Counted from the first letter of the stretch, positions 1-30,430 are shown. The stretch is 64,000 bases of DNA from Amoebidium appalachense (GCA_963693365.1 CAVNZM010000013.1:5322640-5386639); one strand, 5' to 3'. A program made the numbers and translations. The notes: generated by a model not told the origin, from the letters alone.

Positions 1-182
1 TAATTCACCCTATTCACCAAACAAATGGGCGCACTGCACTAACTTTTGCAGCTATATTTAGTTAGCGATTTTGATTGGCTTACTGAGGTAGTGCAATTGG
101 TTTCTAGAGACCGTACTGAGCCGTGCGGACCTTCGTACGCGCCCGTACGGACGTCGACGGGTTTCGAACTCAGGTAGAGTGG

Positions 183-806
183 GGCTTGTCCACACTGCGC
201 TGATGCACTGGTTTCGGATTGACAGTCCATCGGAGCTCCGATTGACCACACTCGACCATATTTGGGTTTTTCGCAAGTCCATCCGATCGGAGCGTCCAGA
301 CTGGTCACGGATTGACGGCAACGCTGGCGCTGTATTCAACATACTTTACAATGCTAGCGTACATATACTCTATAATATTTGTACATTATTTTTGATTTAA
401 ATAAGAAGAGGTGCTTAGCTGACATGCTGCACGTCCAAAAAATAGTAAAACTAATTATGATGCAAGTATCTACGGTTTGTCAGTCAAGTCTGGGATGCCT
501 AACGCGCGGTCCATTTTTGGCTATTTTCTTTGCAATTAGTTAATTGGTAAGTGCGAATAGACTAATTTGGTAAAGTACGGGATGATTGGTTTAGATTTTG
601 CGCTGCACGTCAATCCGGGCCCGGATTGAAACGCCGATAGACTGGCAGTTAATCCGGGAGTCAATCCGAATTCGGATTGACTGGGTTCGGCCAAATTTGG
701 CAAGCGCTGTCCATCGGACTCAGTGTGGACGCCAGATCGATTGGACTCCGATCCAAATTAGGCAGATTTGGTCAATCCGGAGCGTCAATCGGCGCAGTGG
801 ACAGCC
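183..806. mobile_element. MITE-like element with ~40-bp imperfect terminal inverted repeats (Harbinger-like termini)
   Basis: Left end GGCTTGTCCACACTGCGCTGATGCAC..CGGATTGAC (183-223). The reverse complement of the right end (771-806) is GGCTGTCCACTGCGCCGATTGACGCTCCGGATTGAC. Subterminal CGGATTGAC/GTCAATCCG motifs recur and the core is AT-rich. No clear TSD. Confidence 0.6.
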
Positions 807-1340
807 TAGCTACGGCCCGGGCACAAATTTGCTTTACATTTTTTTTTGTAGTACCTAATGAATGATCTGCTGATTTATAGGTAGAGTATACACACATAAA
901 CTTAATATATGTAGAGCATAACCACTATAGACTTCATCACTTCAACGTACTTAGCATTAGACGTTTCGAGTCCTCTGGGAATAAAGGCCGCAAGGTCACA
1001 GAGGTCATGCTAATCATTGGCAAGTTCTACCACCAAACACCATTCTTAAAAGATTTTGCAATTAGAAGCCAAAAAGAATATTGATAGTGGCGCTACAAAC
1101 AACATAGGTTTTGATTAACCGCAACTGATCCATTCCCAGTGGATTTTCCTTTGCCAGTTTGTTTCTATTCCTATAGATCCCTTCACCCAACAACTGAACA
1201 CACCCGTGCTGGCTTTTTTTTGATCCGGCACGGGAATCGTCGTAGTAGGAAATCAGCGCAAAATGCTGTTACAATAGTTATACAATAGTGAACTACAGCA
1301 AATAAATTAACTCTCCTATTAGATTTATTTATTTACGAGA

Positions 1341-17827
<16,487 letters not shown>

Positions 17828-17871
17828 TCACCAACATGGGCACGCCATTTTTTGAACAAGGAGGACGGCAC

Positions 17872-17952
<81 letters not shown>

Positions 17953-18235
17953 CGCGCGTGCGCGCGCGCGCACACACACGCACACGCACACGAGAGCACG
18001 CGCACGCGCACACGCCCTAACGAGTTTTGATGCACGAAGAAAAAAAAAAGGCTGTGGGTGGAGAATATCTTTATGAAACATTTTTGAATGTTCTTGTCGT
18101 TTGATTGATTGTCGCTGTTTGGTTTTCCCTTTCTTGCAGTCAATGATAGCATAAAACCTTAAAAGTTTTCCTTCGAAATTGTATTACGAGCAAGAACTAC
18201 GCAGGTGATTCTGCTAAGGGAGCATTCTTCCCTCT

Positions 18236-18269
<34 letters not shown>

Positions 18270-19176
18270 GGGGGGGGGGGGGTAGTTTCTGGGATGGTAA
18301 TGAGAGTTTGATAGTATTATGAAAGGGAGTCTTGGATTTAACGATAGAATAGAACGGTCAGTACCGGCTGTGCCTTAACAAGATCACCAGATATCTGTAG
18401 TATATCTAGGCAATTAAGGTCAAATATCCCGTATGACATATCTATCATGGTGCATCTAGTCTTGTGTTTAACATTATGTACAAACCAAGTAGTATCCAAC
18501 CATTGAAGGATTGATTAAAGCAATAGTTTACACACATAGTGTTAATGGTGGCCCTAGTCGGATTCGGATTAAGTGGGCTTGCTAACAATCGGGCGTAATC
18601 TCCGCTCTTTTTTTGCTCTTCTTTCTTGCCTTTGGTCCTTTCCCCTTTTTTTCTTTTATCTATTATCTGGCAGATGTGCCTGTCTATTCTGTCAACACAC
18701 TCATTCTATATAAGACTCGTGTTTCCCTCTTCCTCCCTCATTTTCCTTTATCATTATGGCGATAATGTCGAACGTTTGGTAGCCATGCTTTTTTCGTTCA
18801 CAGCAAAGTGTTTCTTGGCATGCACTTTCCTTAACCCATTCAGGATCCAAAGCCATGTACCATTAAAATCCAACCCGTTTTATAATTTTAACTGAAGCTC
18901 CTAAGCATAACCTGCCTACGGGAGAGGCATTTGAGAATAAATCTTGCGCATAAACTTTCGTGTGTCGCAGTCCATGGCTTGGGTGTATACAAACGTGTAC
19001 GTGGAGGAGGGACGAAAAGGTGTGGGTGGACATACACCACCCAACTTATAGACACACGCATGCACGCACGTGTGCACACGGGCACACACACACACACAAA
19101 CAAAGGCACATCTCAGGCGCGCGCGCACGTACATAAGCACGCATGTACACGCACGTACACAAGACATGTGCGTGCG

Positions 19177-19243
<67 letters not shown>

Positions 19244-19376
19244 ACATGTACACACACATCCTTGCTTGAGGACATCTACGCCCACACACGTTTTTTTGTT
19301 GGGGGGGACTCCGAGATGCGGGGTTGTTGTCCCCAAAAACGTGTGTGGGTGTACAAGTTGAACCCATATCCCTAAA

Positions 19377-19460
19377 CGCTGAGGGGATATACCAAGCAAA
19401 TCGCCAACCCCATACCTGAGACTGGTCTCTCTTGTGCGTCGAGTAAACAGCGTAAACCCC
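19377..19460. repeat. Dispersed repeat family B, copy 1
   Basis: CGCTGAGGGGATAT..CCCCATACCTGAG.CTGGT.TCTCTT.TGC.TCGAGTAAACAGCGTAAACCCC is also found at 56550-56630. Confidence 0.8.
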
Positions 19461-19871
19461 ATACACATGCCGAAATTCATACCGCTTACGATAAAAGACA
19501 GATATATATCCCGAACCGTTTGTGCCCTGCAACTTCCAGTAATATAGTCTCTGAATAGTAGGTATCTCTGCAGTTCCGAGATGTGTTCCCATGGGTATCG
19601 TCAAAAACTGCGATTTTGCATAAGCCTGACGTACGTGCTACTCTGACCATACCGGTAAGAACTTTGCACCATGACGGTCACCAATGTGATGTACATGACA
19701 ATACACAACAACCGACTCAGAAATAAATTGAAAGTATGATGACAAAGTGATACAAGGAGGTTCGATCATCTTTGAAAAACAAATCGCTGCCAGTGAAGTG
19801 CCGTTAAAGGATGCCTTGTAGGTAATAAGCTACTCGTGATTTGTTTCTTTTTCTTTTTTTCTTTCTTTCCC

Positions 19872-19902
<31 letters not shown>

Positions 19903-20150
19903 GGGGAGGGGGGGGGGAGGGGGGGGGAGGGGGGGAGGGGGGGGGAGGGGGGGGAGGGGGATGGCTTCGCATGAACAGCCTACTGTTATCCAGCTGGCAT
20001 AGTCTTCTTCGGGTTTTCTACCTCTCTGACTCTCACTCTCCCTTCCTCTCTCCTCGGAGTCCCCTCCCTAACCAACCCCCCCAGCCCCCCTCTACGTACT
20101 TTTTTGTGGTGTGTATGTTTGGGTGTGCAGAGCGTGTGTTGGGAGGGCGG

Positions 20151-20209
<59 letters not shown>

Positions 20210-20822
20210 GATGTGTCAAGAGTACGAAGTGTGTATCATACACACACCTTGCTTTCTTTGTGCATGTGCATGTGTGTGTGTGTGTGTGTGTGACACTGTG
20301 TGTGTGTGTGGTAGTGGTGGGTTGTTCGAGAGCATTTTTGTTTGTGCAAGAGCGTGCTACACTCAGTGTGGGTGTTTGGGACTGTGTGTTTATAATGGTG
20401 GTCCCCGGGGAGGGGGGACCGAGTTACGCATACAGTACCATGAATTTATAGAACAACAATTTATTTATAAAACATGTGGGCCAGTAACCAGCCAGGCCAT
20501 ATGTTAATCTTTAAACCAACGAAATATGTACATCAGAAACAAGGAGATCAATTTGCGATCATGCAGTTAAAAAGCACGTGTTGTTATCTTGCGATATGTC
20601 TGCGACACATACGGAACTTCAATGCGATCCTCAGTTGCACTCCTTCTATATGCACTCTTGTTTCCATTGTTATATATTATTCCACAGTCTTACTGCATGA
20701 CAAAAACATTACTTTCGGAAAAAAAACACATTTTATGACGTGCACGTGATTTGTCACCTAATCATCGTAATAACGCACGACGCTGGGATGAATCCCGTTG
20801 CACCAATCAGAAAGTTGTATTG

Positions 20823-20879
20823 CACGTGACTTGATCACGTGGCTTTGTCACGTGATTAACCACGTGGTTTTGTCGCGTG
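20823..20879. promoter_or_regulatory. Periodic array of CACGTG (E-box) palindromes
   Basis: CACGTG at 20823, 20836, 20849 and 20861, plus CGCGTG at 20874 (12-13 bp spacing), immediately past the IDO stop codon. A regulatory function is not shown. Confidence 0.35.
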
Positions 20880-20881
20880 AT

Positions 20882-21155
20882 CTACTTGAACAGGTCCAGC
20901 TGGGGGGCCTGGTCAGGGAACCGTTGGATGAGGCTCTCGACCTCGCGAAGGAGAACACGCCTCTGGGCGGCACCGCGGCTCTGCAGAGTGAAAATGTGTT
21001 AGAGGCTAAGAATAGACATGGACTCTACATTAATAGAGGCATGTTATACCATGAAAGTGTTTTCTTTTTTTGTGTTGTGTCTTTTTGTGTGTGTGTGCTT
21101 CGTATTTTTTTTTGTGTGTGTGTTTTGTATGTGTGTGTTTGTGTGTGTGTGGGAA

Positions 21156-21187
<32 letters not shown>

Positions 21188-21244
21188 TGAAAAGGCACAC
21201 ATAATCAAAGGCACACATAATTAATGGATATTTTTTCCCCCCTT

Positions 21245-21275
<31 letters not shown>

Positions 21276-22919
21276 GTTAAAGGGTTGGGGGGGGGGGGGG
21301 GGGGGGGGTCTTTACCTTGAGTGTCTCGAACATGGACTGGGTTGCAGAGTCGAGTTTGGCCCCGGTGACGATCTTGTTGTCGATGGAGTCCGCAACACTC
21401 TCCATCACACGAAGAACGGCATTGAGCTGGGGGAGTGGGTGGTGAGAATCGGGGTGGAAAGGGGTGGGGTGTACGTGTACGTGTACGTGTGTGTGTACGT
21501 GTGTGTGTGTGTGGAGGAATGTGTGATCGGCTCTATCGTGTGTGGATATAAGTGGTGCACAGCATAGTTAAGCGAAATTTTAAGCATGCCTCTTGTGTGT
21601 GTGCATGGGTCTGCCTACACGTGCACTCACCAAACAACCAACGTGCAAACACGAAGCGCTGCCCACACACACTCACACACACGTATACCCACTGACCGGC
21701 GTGTCAAGATGGGCACACATACATGCACACACGAACACAAGCACACACTTATTGGCACACTAACTGCATGCATGTTTTCACACACACACACAAACAGTCC
21801 TGGTATCTACCTGGTTGGGGAGCCAGGTGATGATTGGGGAGCCGCCAGTAGCCACGGGGTGGTCAGTGTGTCTAATGATGTATTCCTTTGTGAAGTTCCA
21901 GTGGCGCGCACGGAACTCACGCACACGGTCTACGTTTGCCAAATACAGGACGGAACTCTTTGCGCTGTCGAGGGCAAACTCACGCACGTGCGCCTTGCGG
22001 GCCTCGTTGTCGACAAAGGTGAGCCATTCACTGTGGTGGGCTGTGTGTGGAGAAGAGAGGAGATTTGGGGGAAGAGGGCGGAGAGGGGGGGGGGGGGGGG
22101 GGGTTATTAATTATTATTAGACACAGTGAGAGAGTTTAACTTGGCGCTGAGAAGAACAAGTAGGAGCTGTTACAGTAGCTGGCAATTTCTTGACTTCATT
22201 TGCAGAAAGGGGGATGGGGGGAAAAGGGGGTGGGTGGGGGTCAAAAAAGGTAAAAGCAACTAACAAAAAGGAGGCAATGGTGGGGTTGAGGGAGACAGGC
22301 AGGAGAGGGACGCAGATTGTGTGTGTGCGTGTGTATGCGTGTGTGTGTGTGGTGTGTGTGTGTGTGTGTGTGTGTGTGGAGGGGGAGGGAGGTGAGGTGG
22401 GGGAGAAAAAAGAAGGTTCAACACATACTTGGGCGGTAAGTTCTGAAGTCCTTCAGAATTTCAGTCAGGGGGTTGTTCGGCATTTTCTCCGTCAGCTCGA
22501 AGAGGTTATCACACGTGGGGATAATGCTATCATTTGCACCGCTCTCACCACGGAAAAATGTGGGTTCCTTTGAAACCCCCTCGTAAACTACGCCGTTGGG
22601 GAACATGGGCTGTGATTTTGTGCCCATGATGAATGTGCGGAATTTCATGTAGTCGGTGGATTTGCTCTGACCCCACATGGTGTCCATAACACGGTTGATG
22701 TCGCCCATGGTGTGTTCGAGGTTGATGAGCGCACTGTACGTGTACGTGTGTGTGTGTGTGTACGTGTGTGTACATGTGCGTAAGTGTGTGTGTGTGTGTG
22801 TGTGTGTGTACGTGTGTGTACGTGTGTGTGTACGTGTACATGTGTGTGTGTGTGTGTGTACGTGTGTGTACGTGTGCGGAAGTGTGTGTACATGTGCGTA
22901 TGTGTGTGTGCGTGTGTAC

Positions 22920-22950
<31 letters not shown>

Positions 22951-23646
22951 TGTGCATGTGTATGTGCGGGTGTGCAAAGATGAAGGGGGAGTGAATCAAG
23001 AATTAGTTGTCAGGTGTATGCACTCAGTGAGTGAAACCCAGCACATACTTTATGTACTGAGAAATAGCTTTTCGTGGGCGTGTTTTTAGTACTGAGAAAA
23101 AATAGTGTGTCGGTGTGTTTTTGGTGTGAGAAAAGGTTTGTCTATTGGTGTGTTTTTGGTGCGGGGAGGGGCCATGTACATGCTTGTGCTCATGCATGTG
23201 TGTGCATGTGTGCATGTGTGTGTGTGTGTGTGTGTGTGTGCGCACGTGTGTGAGTTGTGTGTGTGCATGTTTGTGACTGTGTTGTGTGTGTGTGTTGGGG
23301 GGTTGACTTACGTATCGAAGGCGGCGCGGTCCTTCCTTGTGGCAGCATCCAACACATCCATGGTGTGGGTCACCTGCTTGCCCGTGTGCGACACCATAGC
23401 CACGTGCACAGCTACAAACCCACGCTCACTGTGTGTTTGTGTGTGTGTATGTGTGTGTGTGGTGTGTGTGTGGACGGGGCGAGAATTCGGTTAGAGAACT
23501 GCATACCAACGTTGGAAAGAGGCAAAACAGTAAAGAGATAGAGAGAGAGGGTGGGGTGGTGGTGGTGGTGGTGGGGGGGGGGGGGGAGCAAGATAAAAGA
23601 GGCAAGGGAGGGGATGAGGGGGCCAAACACGCCGAAACAAAAATTG

Positions 23647-23686
<40 letters not shown>

Positions 23687-25129
23687 GTGTGTGCGTGTGT
23701 TTGGTGGTGTTGGTGGTGGTGGTGGTGGTGGGGGGGGGGGGGGGGGGGGGGGGGGAGAGAACGGAACATGCCGACCCACCTGTCACATCCGTGGAACTTG
23801 CGGATAAGGCCGACGTTTTCAGCATCCAAGCCCTTTGATTCGTCGATTTTCTTGTAGTTAAAGAGAGCATAGGACATGGCATACTCCATGAATGGCTTGG
23901 CCCCAGTCTTCTTAGCTACCTCAACAAGCGGGACGGCAATGCTGGCGGGTAGTACCTGAAGGGAGGGGAGGGGGGGATGGTGAGGAAAGGTGTTGAAGGC
24001 AAAAACAAACCCTAAAACAGGGGTGTGGATTGTTTTAAAGGCAAAGCTGGAGAGAGGAGTGGAGGGGGGGGGGGGGGGGGGGGGAAGAACCGAACACGTG
24101 TGGTGGCTTCATTCCTTTTCCCTCTCTTTTTGTTGTTGTTTGGGGGGGGGGGGGGGGGGGGGAGGGGGGGGGGGGGGGATGAAAACTGAAACACAAATGC
24201 ATGTATTAGGAAGTGGTGCTGCATTTACCAATCAAAAGTGGCCAATAAAATGTAGGAGTTAATTAGTTACCTCTCTGCCGAGGCCGTACTTGCCCTCCTT
24301 GCGGTTGCGCAGATCGCAGGGCTGCAGGGGGGTAATGTGGATTAGGCACGTTCACGTGTATATAGAATACGGACGTGTATTTGCGGTGCATTTACCCAAG
24401 CACCCAAAGGCAGCAGTATAAACGAAATAAAGAGATTCTGGATTTAATTTGTGCAAGGGGGTAATGTGGATTAGGCACGTTCACGTGTATATAGAATACG
24501 GACGTGTATTTGCGGTGCATTTACCCAAGCACCCAAAGGCAGCAGTATAAACGAAATAAAGAGATTCTGGATTTAATTTGTGCGCCTGTCCCATTTTCTA
24601 GGTGTCAGCAGTCAGTGTGTGTGTGTGTGTGCGTGTTTGGGGGAGGGGGTGGGGGTGGGGGGAGGGGGTTTTGCTAGGTTACCTCAAGAAGGTAGGCACT
24701 GGCAAGGAATGTGTAGTCGCGGAAGAGGGCAGCAAGTAGGGCCGAGTCGTTGATGTCGCTCACATCGTACTGGGGTAGCTGGGAGCAAACATCACCCGAT
24801 TAGCACTGGGCCCTATGGACGAAACGGATATGTGCAAACCTAGTAGATTCACTTTTTTTTTTTTTTTTTTTGATTCTTACGGCTTCTAGATATTTGCACA
24901 AAAAACACACACAAACACACACACACACACGCACACACACACACGCGCGCGCGCGCACGCGCACGCACACGCACACACGCACACGCACACCTTGGCCTTG
25001 ACAACGTCACCCAGCTTGCCGTCGTAGAGCAGACCCTGTGAACCGTCATCCTTACGGAGGGGCATGTCGTTGAGAATGTTCTCGAGCTCCTGGAACCGGG
25101 GCGGCAGGCGTGGCATGGGTGTCTGTGGG

Positions 25130-25190
<61 letters not shown>

Positions 25191-25650
25191 TGTGTGTGTG
25201 CATGTGTGTGTGTGCATAGAGGGAGGTGGTGATTTTTTATTTTTATTTTTTTGTTTCTTTTTGGTTGGGGGGGGGGGGGGAGGGGGGGGAGGGGGGGGGG
25301 GGGGGAGGGGAGGGAGGGGGGAGTAGGGAGGGCTCAGAACAACTTTTCTCGATATCACTGGATAAGATGCCATAGACAGGAACTAGCCAGCTACTAAATC
25401 AAATTGCGGAGAAATAAAGTGCCCAGAATGGGGATCCGATTTGTGTTTAACCCTTATAAGACCGAAGGACAAAGCACGTGCAACTACACAAGCATGCATA
25501 CATAACATACGGATAAAATGTCCAGAGTAAGTAGGGGGTACTCACGGTGCGCGGCAGGAAGCCGTTTTCCGGGCCGACCATGAACTGGGGGGTGGAAACC
25601 TCGGCAGATTGTGCCTCGCTCAGAAGACTGAAGGCACGGCGGGACGCCAT
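20882..25650 (-). CDS. IDO: Indoleamine 2,3-dioxygenase (fungal IDO-gamma/IdoC-like), ~473 aa, 10 exons
   Basis: Exons 25650-25546, 25122-24991, 24778-24683, 24321-24271, 23955-23780, 23428-23312, 22733-22429, 22040-21811, 21426-21316, 20980-20882 (1422 nt, all phases consistent). Motifs: [94 protein letters not shown] (proximal His), [15 protein letters not shown]. Confidence 0.95.
24328..24583. repeat. Exact 129-bp tandem duplication in IDO intron 3
   Basis: GGGGGTAATGTGGATTAGG...GATTTAATTTGTGC at 24328-24454 is repeated at 24457-24583. Confidence 0.95.
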
Positions 25651-27137
25651 TGCTCCTGTTGGGACAAAGAAATGTGTGTGAGCGCAACAAATAAACCCAG
25701 GCCTATGTCAGGATAACGACAGGCCCATGCATGGCTGTAATGCAAACAAAGGGCTTCTTGTTGTTGGAAGAATGTAGAAGCACGGAAAACATACGGAAAC
25801 CTAGACTTCAGCAGGAAAAAATACCCAGGACGGGATTCTGGCAATACCTCCAAAGCATAGCTGCATGATTCTTTTCTTCTTTTTGGTTTCAATTGTTTGC
25901 TCTGAGCACATGTCAACTCAAACCACATTGACACACTAGAAACATTGGAACAAATATACATAAATATATCATCATGATCAGCAATATGGCGGTTCACTTA
26001 CCTGCGCAGTTGCGTAGGGCATTCTTGGAGATAAGGCCGGCGGCGTGGGACACGTTCAGCATTTTTGATAGACTTTCCTTGTAGGTCAATGAGAGCTGGG
26101 AGAGGTGAGACTGAAAACGTCACTCTGCGCCTTGTGATAGACTTTTGGGCCCTTCTCGGTTATATACTTCCATGCGCATCCAGGGAGAGGAGGGTAAAGG
26201 CATCAGTACTGATTCGCGTGGCTTTCGGTCGAGACAACGGCTGGCGGCAACTTGACACACAAATAAACAAGTAGTTTAGGCATTGAACAGAAAAGTTCAC
26301 TTATATTTCAAATAGCGCTAACTTGATAACTTATGACCAAATTCACCTATATAACAAATTAGTTCTATACCGCGTTTTTGTACAAGTAAAATTTGAATTA
26401 CGCAGAATGAAAATTTGTCCCTCTCTGCATTCCTTAGATGCGGGGTGACCAAGTCTAAAGTCATTTGCACCTTTTTACCAATCAAATACGTCAAAATTAT
26501 AGCCAATCGGGACTGTTACGCATTGGTATTCTATTGGATTAGAGAACACCAATGTTCTCTATAAAAGGTTATTTTTCAGTTAAAACTCCAATCAACCTTG
26601 ACCCTAAAGCGAAGCAAAACATCTTTCATCTACCTCAACCTGCCTGGATCGGAGGTGCGCATGCCTACACAAGTGCACTGTAAGTACATACACGCTGTAA
26701 TTTTGTGTTAGTAAAGCCATGCATATGAACTTTTTGATTCATATTTGAGGTAGAACTATGAGTATTCGTTAAGATATTTTATAAATAGGTGATTACCACA
26801 GGTACCGTGAGATTGTCTGCGTGTACAACAAATGTGCAGTGTAACATGCATGTATATGCGCGGCCGCCCCCGGGGCTGGACACGCGTACATACATGCACA
26901 CGGCCTACTACAAAAATATTAACCTGACTTGCGCCGTTGCTGTGTATCTTACCGCAAAGAACAGGGAATAAAGCTGTAAAAAATTCAAAAGCTATTTTAA
27001 ATAAACGAAAGGAAAGAAAATTTTGTATTTTATTCAACTTCATCTCCTGCTGACCTCGCCAGTGTTGCCACCATGGACAACGAGGTGGTTGACTAGCTCA
27101 CAATTTCACAACTTGAAGAAATTTTTACATATTTCAG

Positions 27138-27761
27138 AATATACACCGGGAGTACTGGTAGGCTAATCTGGTCAACCAATCAACTTATACAATATATACC
27201 GGAGGCATTGGTCCAGCCTTGAGAGGGGGGCAAAGAAAAGCATCTACCGCAATTCCATTGGCTTGGTGACGAAAGCAATTTGAGCCATGACATCAACAAA
27301 CGATCAAACCAAGCCTATATCCGACCGTGTCCGGATTGATAAGCGTTATGAGCCAATCAAAATGCGCTACTGATTACATAACCACGCGGGGGAATTTTGC
27401 GTGGGAGCAAGTCTCTTCCCATGACGCACAACAAACAACAAACAACAACAACAGAGCAACGCACAACAAACAACAACACTTGTTTCGCATGAGCAAAAGA
27501 AAGAAATCTCCCCACCCTTTCCTCCCCAAAAGTATTCGTAGTAATCATTATATTGATTTTAAGCACGTTTTTCCCATTTTCCACCAAGAGCACACATGAG
27601 CAACCAGGAATGCAACACGTAGCCATTCTAACCTTCCGAGCCAATCAGAGAGCATACTCATCCTCAATATACACCGGAGGGACTGGTACAAAGGCGACAC
27701 TCCGGCACAGAAACCCCTCATTCTGCCGCTGCCTCTGCAGAATATACACCGGAGGCACTGG
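27138..27761. repeat. Four spaced direct repeats of a ~21-bp motif AATATACACCGGAGG(C/G)ACTGG
   Basis: Copies start at 27138, 27191, 27666 and 27741, arranged as two pairs in non-microsatellite intergenic DNA. Confidence 0.8.
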
Positions 27762-29079
27762 CAAGAATAAAAGGCGACAAACCATCACGCCACTATCACA
27801 TGATGGAAAATTTTGACTAAGTCTTGACGATGATCAAACGAACTTCGATAAAAACATGCGGCGCCTGACATCAGACGGGGCGCATTCCCGGCTGGCGGAC
27901 TTGGCAAACCGGACTACGGGTGGGGTAAGCGGACGATGGGTTCACACAGGCGGAAGGAAATAGGGAGCTCTCCCACAGGCACCCAAAGGCCTGCAGGTTT
28001 CCCTTATCCTGAGTTCACTTATTGATCATAATTAGCTGTTCTGACTAAAATAAATCGTATCTTATTATCGATATATCCATAGCCACTGATGGCAAGGGAC
28101 TCGCCCACAATGAACGGGAAACGACTTGTGATACGACTGGACGAAAACTCCGACTAGGATCAGGTTTGGTAATTTTTTGGCAACTTGCTAGGCTAAAATA
28201 ATTTTAGTCCTACAACTAATATTACCACTCGAATGCATTCCGGACCTCAAACTTCCCGCTTTCCTTACGTTAGTAACTTACTTCGACTAAGTCATATCTT
28301 AGCTCACACACGTGCACACGACGGTCAGCTACAAAAACTCGGGAAGTCTTACACATAGGACATATGTGTATCTGAGATAACGTTCAGTATTTACATATTA
28401 GTGTACATATATAAACCTGGGGACTGTTGGAACATCCTCTACGGTACTGCCCAGTTCGAAATATCTTCGAATTCCTCTCGGTGCTACATGCTTCTTGTGC
28501 GGTAATACTCCGGATTCAAGGTGAAGGTGAGTTTGGCTCAGTCCGAGGTTGATCTTCTCTTGAATTGATTTAACCTTTTTATTTCCGGTCTTATTCAGTA
28601 CTGCTGTCTAGTGGTGGGGGGATCTTCTCTTAACATTTCTGTCTTTTCCTTTGGTTCTTTGGGTGTATCAATTATTGTCTGATTCCCGGGAGAGCGGCCC
28701 CTGCGGGGGGAGGGGGGGGGGGGGGGGGGGGGGGTTCGATCGATACGGTCTGGGTAAACTGATAGTGGGGTTTGGCGGAGGACCAAGCCTTAGGGTCTTT
28801 GAAGATGGACGATTGAAGGGGACGAAATGTGAACGTAGTTGTTTACACGGGGAACAGGTACGGTTTTTTTTTAATTTTATTATAATCATTATTTGGTGGG
28901 GGGGGGAGGGGGGGGATGGGGGGAGGTGGGGGGGAGGATATTGTGATCACTTTGAGAGGAGGGAAGAGAGAGGGCGTGTGTAGGAAAGGTCATGGGCCCT
29001 AAGGAAGGGAAATGATTCTTGTTTTCTCCCCCCCCCCCCCCCCCCCCTCCTCCCCCCAATCTCTCAATTCTCAATCTTT

Positions 29080-29143
<64 letters not shown>

Positions 29144-29275
29144 CTCCCTCCCTCCCTCCCTCCCTCTCTCTCTCTCTCTCTCTCCCCCTCCCCCCCCCCT
29201 CTCCCCCCTCTCTCTCTCATCATCATCTCTCAGAGTCTCTCTCTCTCTCACACACTCTCACTCTCTCTCTCTCTC

Positions 29276-29314
<39 letters not shown>

Positions 29315-30363
29315 TTTTTTAAAGAAAACGGGGGGGGAGGGGGGATCCTGGGGGGAATGGGGGAACGTTTGGAACTGGGTGGAAATTTGGCAGAAGTGAT
29401 TTTGCATACATTTGGGCAATTTCTGTTAGTACCATGGGATGTACAGATGATGGAGGATGATTGAGTCTACACCTAAATCTTTCTTTTCACTTTTTTTTTC
29501 GCTTTTTCCGTGCCGGCGGGGGGGGGGGGGGGGGGGGGGGGGGGGGAGGGGGGGAGGGGGGCACAGTGTTGGGGGGGGAGGAAGGGGGTGGGAGAAAGAG
29601 ACAGAGCGAGAGAGAGAGAGAGAGAGAGGGAGAGGAGGGGCTGGAGGGGGGAGGGGGCAAGGGGAGAGGATGGCCGTTGAGGGCTGGCCTTGAGAGGGGG
29701 GAAGATGGGAGGGGCGGAGAGGGGGGGGGGGGGGGGGGGGCCTCGGGGGAGTTTAGGAAAGGAAAACAAAGGAGGTAAGATGTATGGTCAGTTGAAGTCT
29801 ATTTGTCAATCAAGTGTATCCGTTGTGATGTCCTTTCATTCGGATGATTTCTGTTTAGTAATTTATATCCTGCGCAACATGTTACATGTGCTCGTGTGCA
29901 GAGGGCCCTAGAGGGGGAACCGGTACAGTGGGCACGTCCGTGTTCTGTGGTGTGCATGCAAATTTCTGCAAGTTTGTTGTGTTCGCATCCAAAACGTGGA
30001 TGTACGTGTGTTCCTGTAAGCATGCAAAATTTAGCATGTCCGTTTGTTTGTGCATAGGGTGTGGTGTTGTGTGTGCATGCAAATTGTGTGCGCATGCGTG
30101 CGTGGTGGTGAGTGTGTTGTGCCTAGACGCAAATTGTGCAGTGGGTGTCAAATTGTGCAGTGGGTGTGCTGTGCGCGGATGCACGGGCGTCTGCAGAGAT
30201 GTGTGTGTACTTACACACGCCCGTAACCCCTAAAACATACGACAGTGCACTGCATGCTACAGTGTTATGGGTGTGCCCTCTCTTCTCCTTTCCACTATTG
30301 CAATTTGCTTAGCACCAGTCAATTCTGGCGTTCTACACCAAATATCTACACCCTCCCTCCCCC

Positions 30364-30408
<45 letters not shown>

Positions 30409-30430
30409 TTCCCCCCCCCCCCCGGCCGGG

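Noticed and set aside
27138-27761. CRISPR-like repeat-spacer array
   Set aside because: Only four imperfect repeats with very unequal spacers, eukaryotic context and no cas genes.
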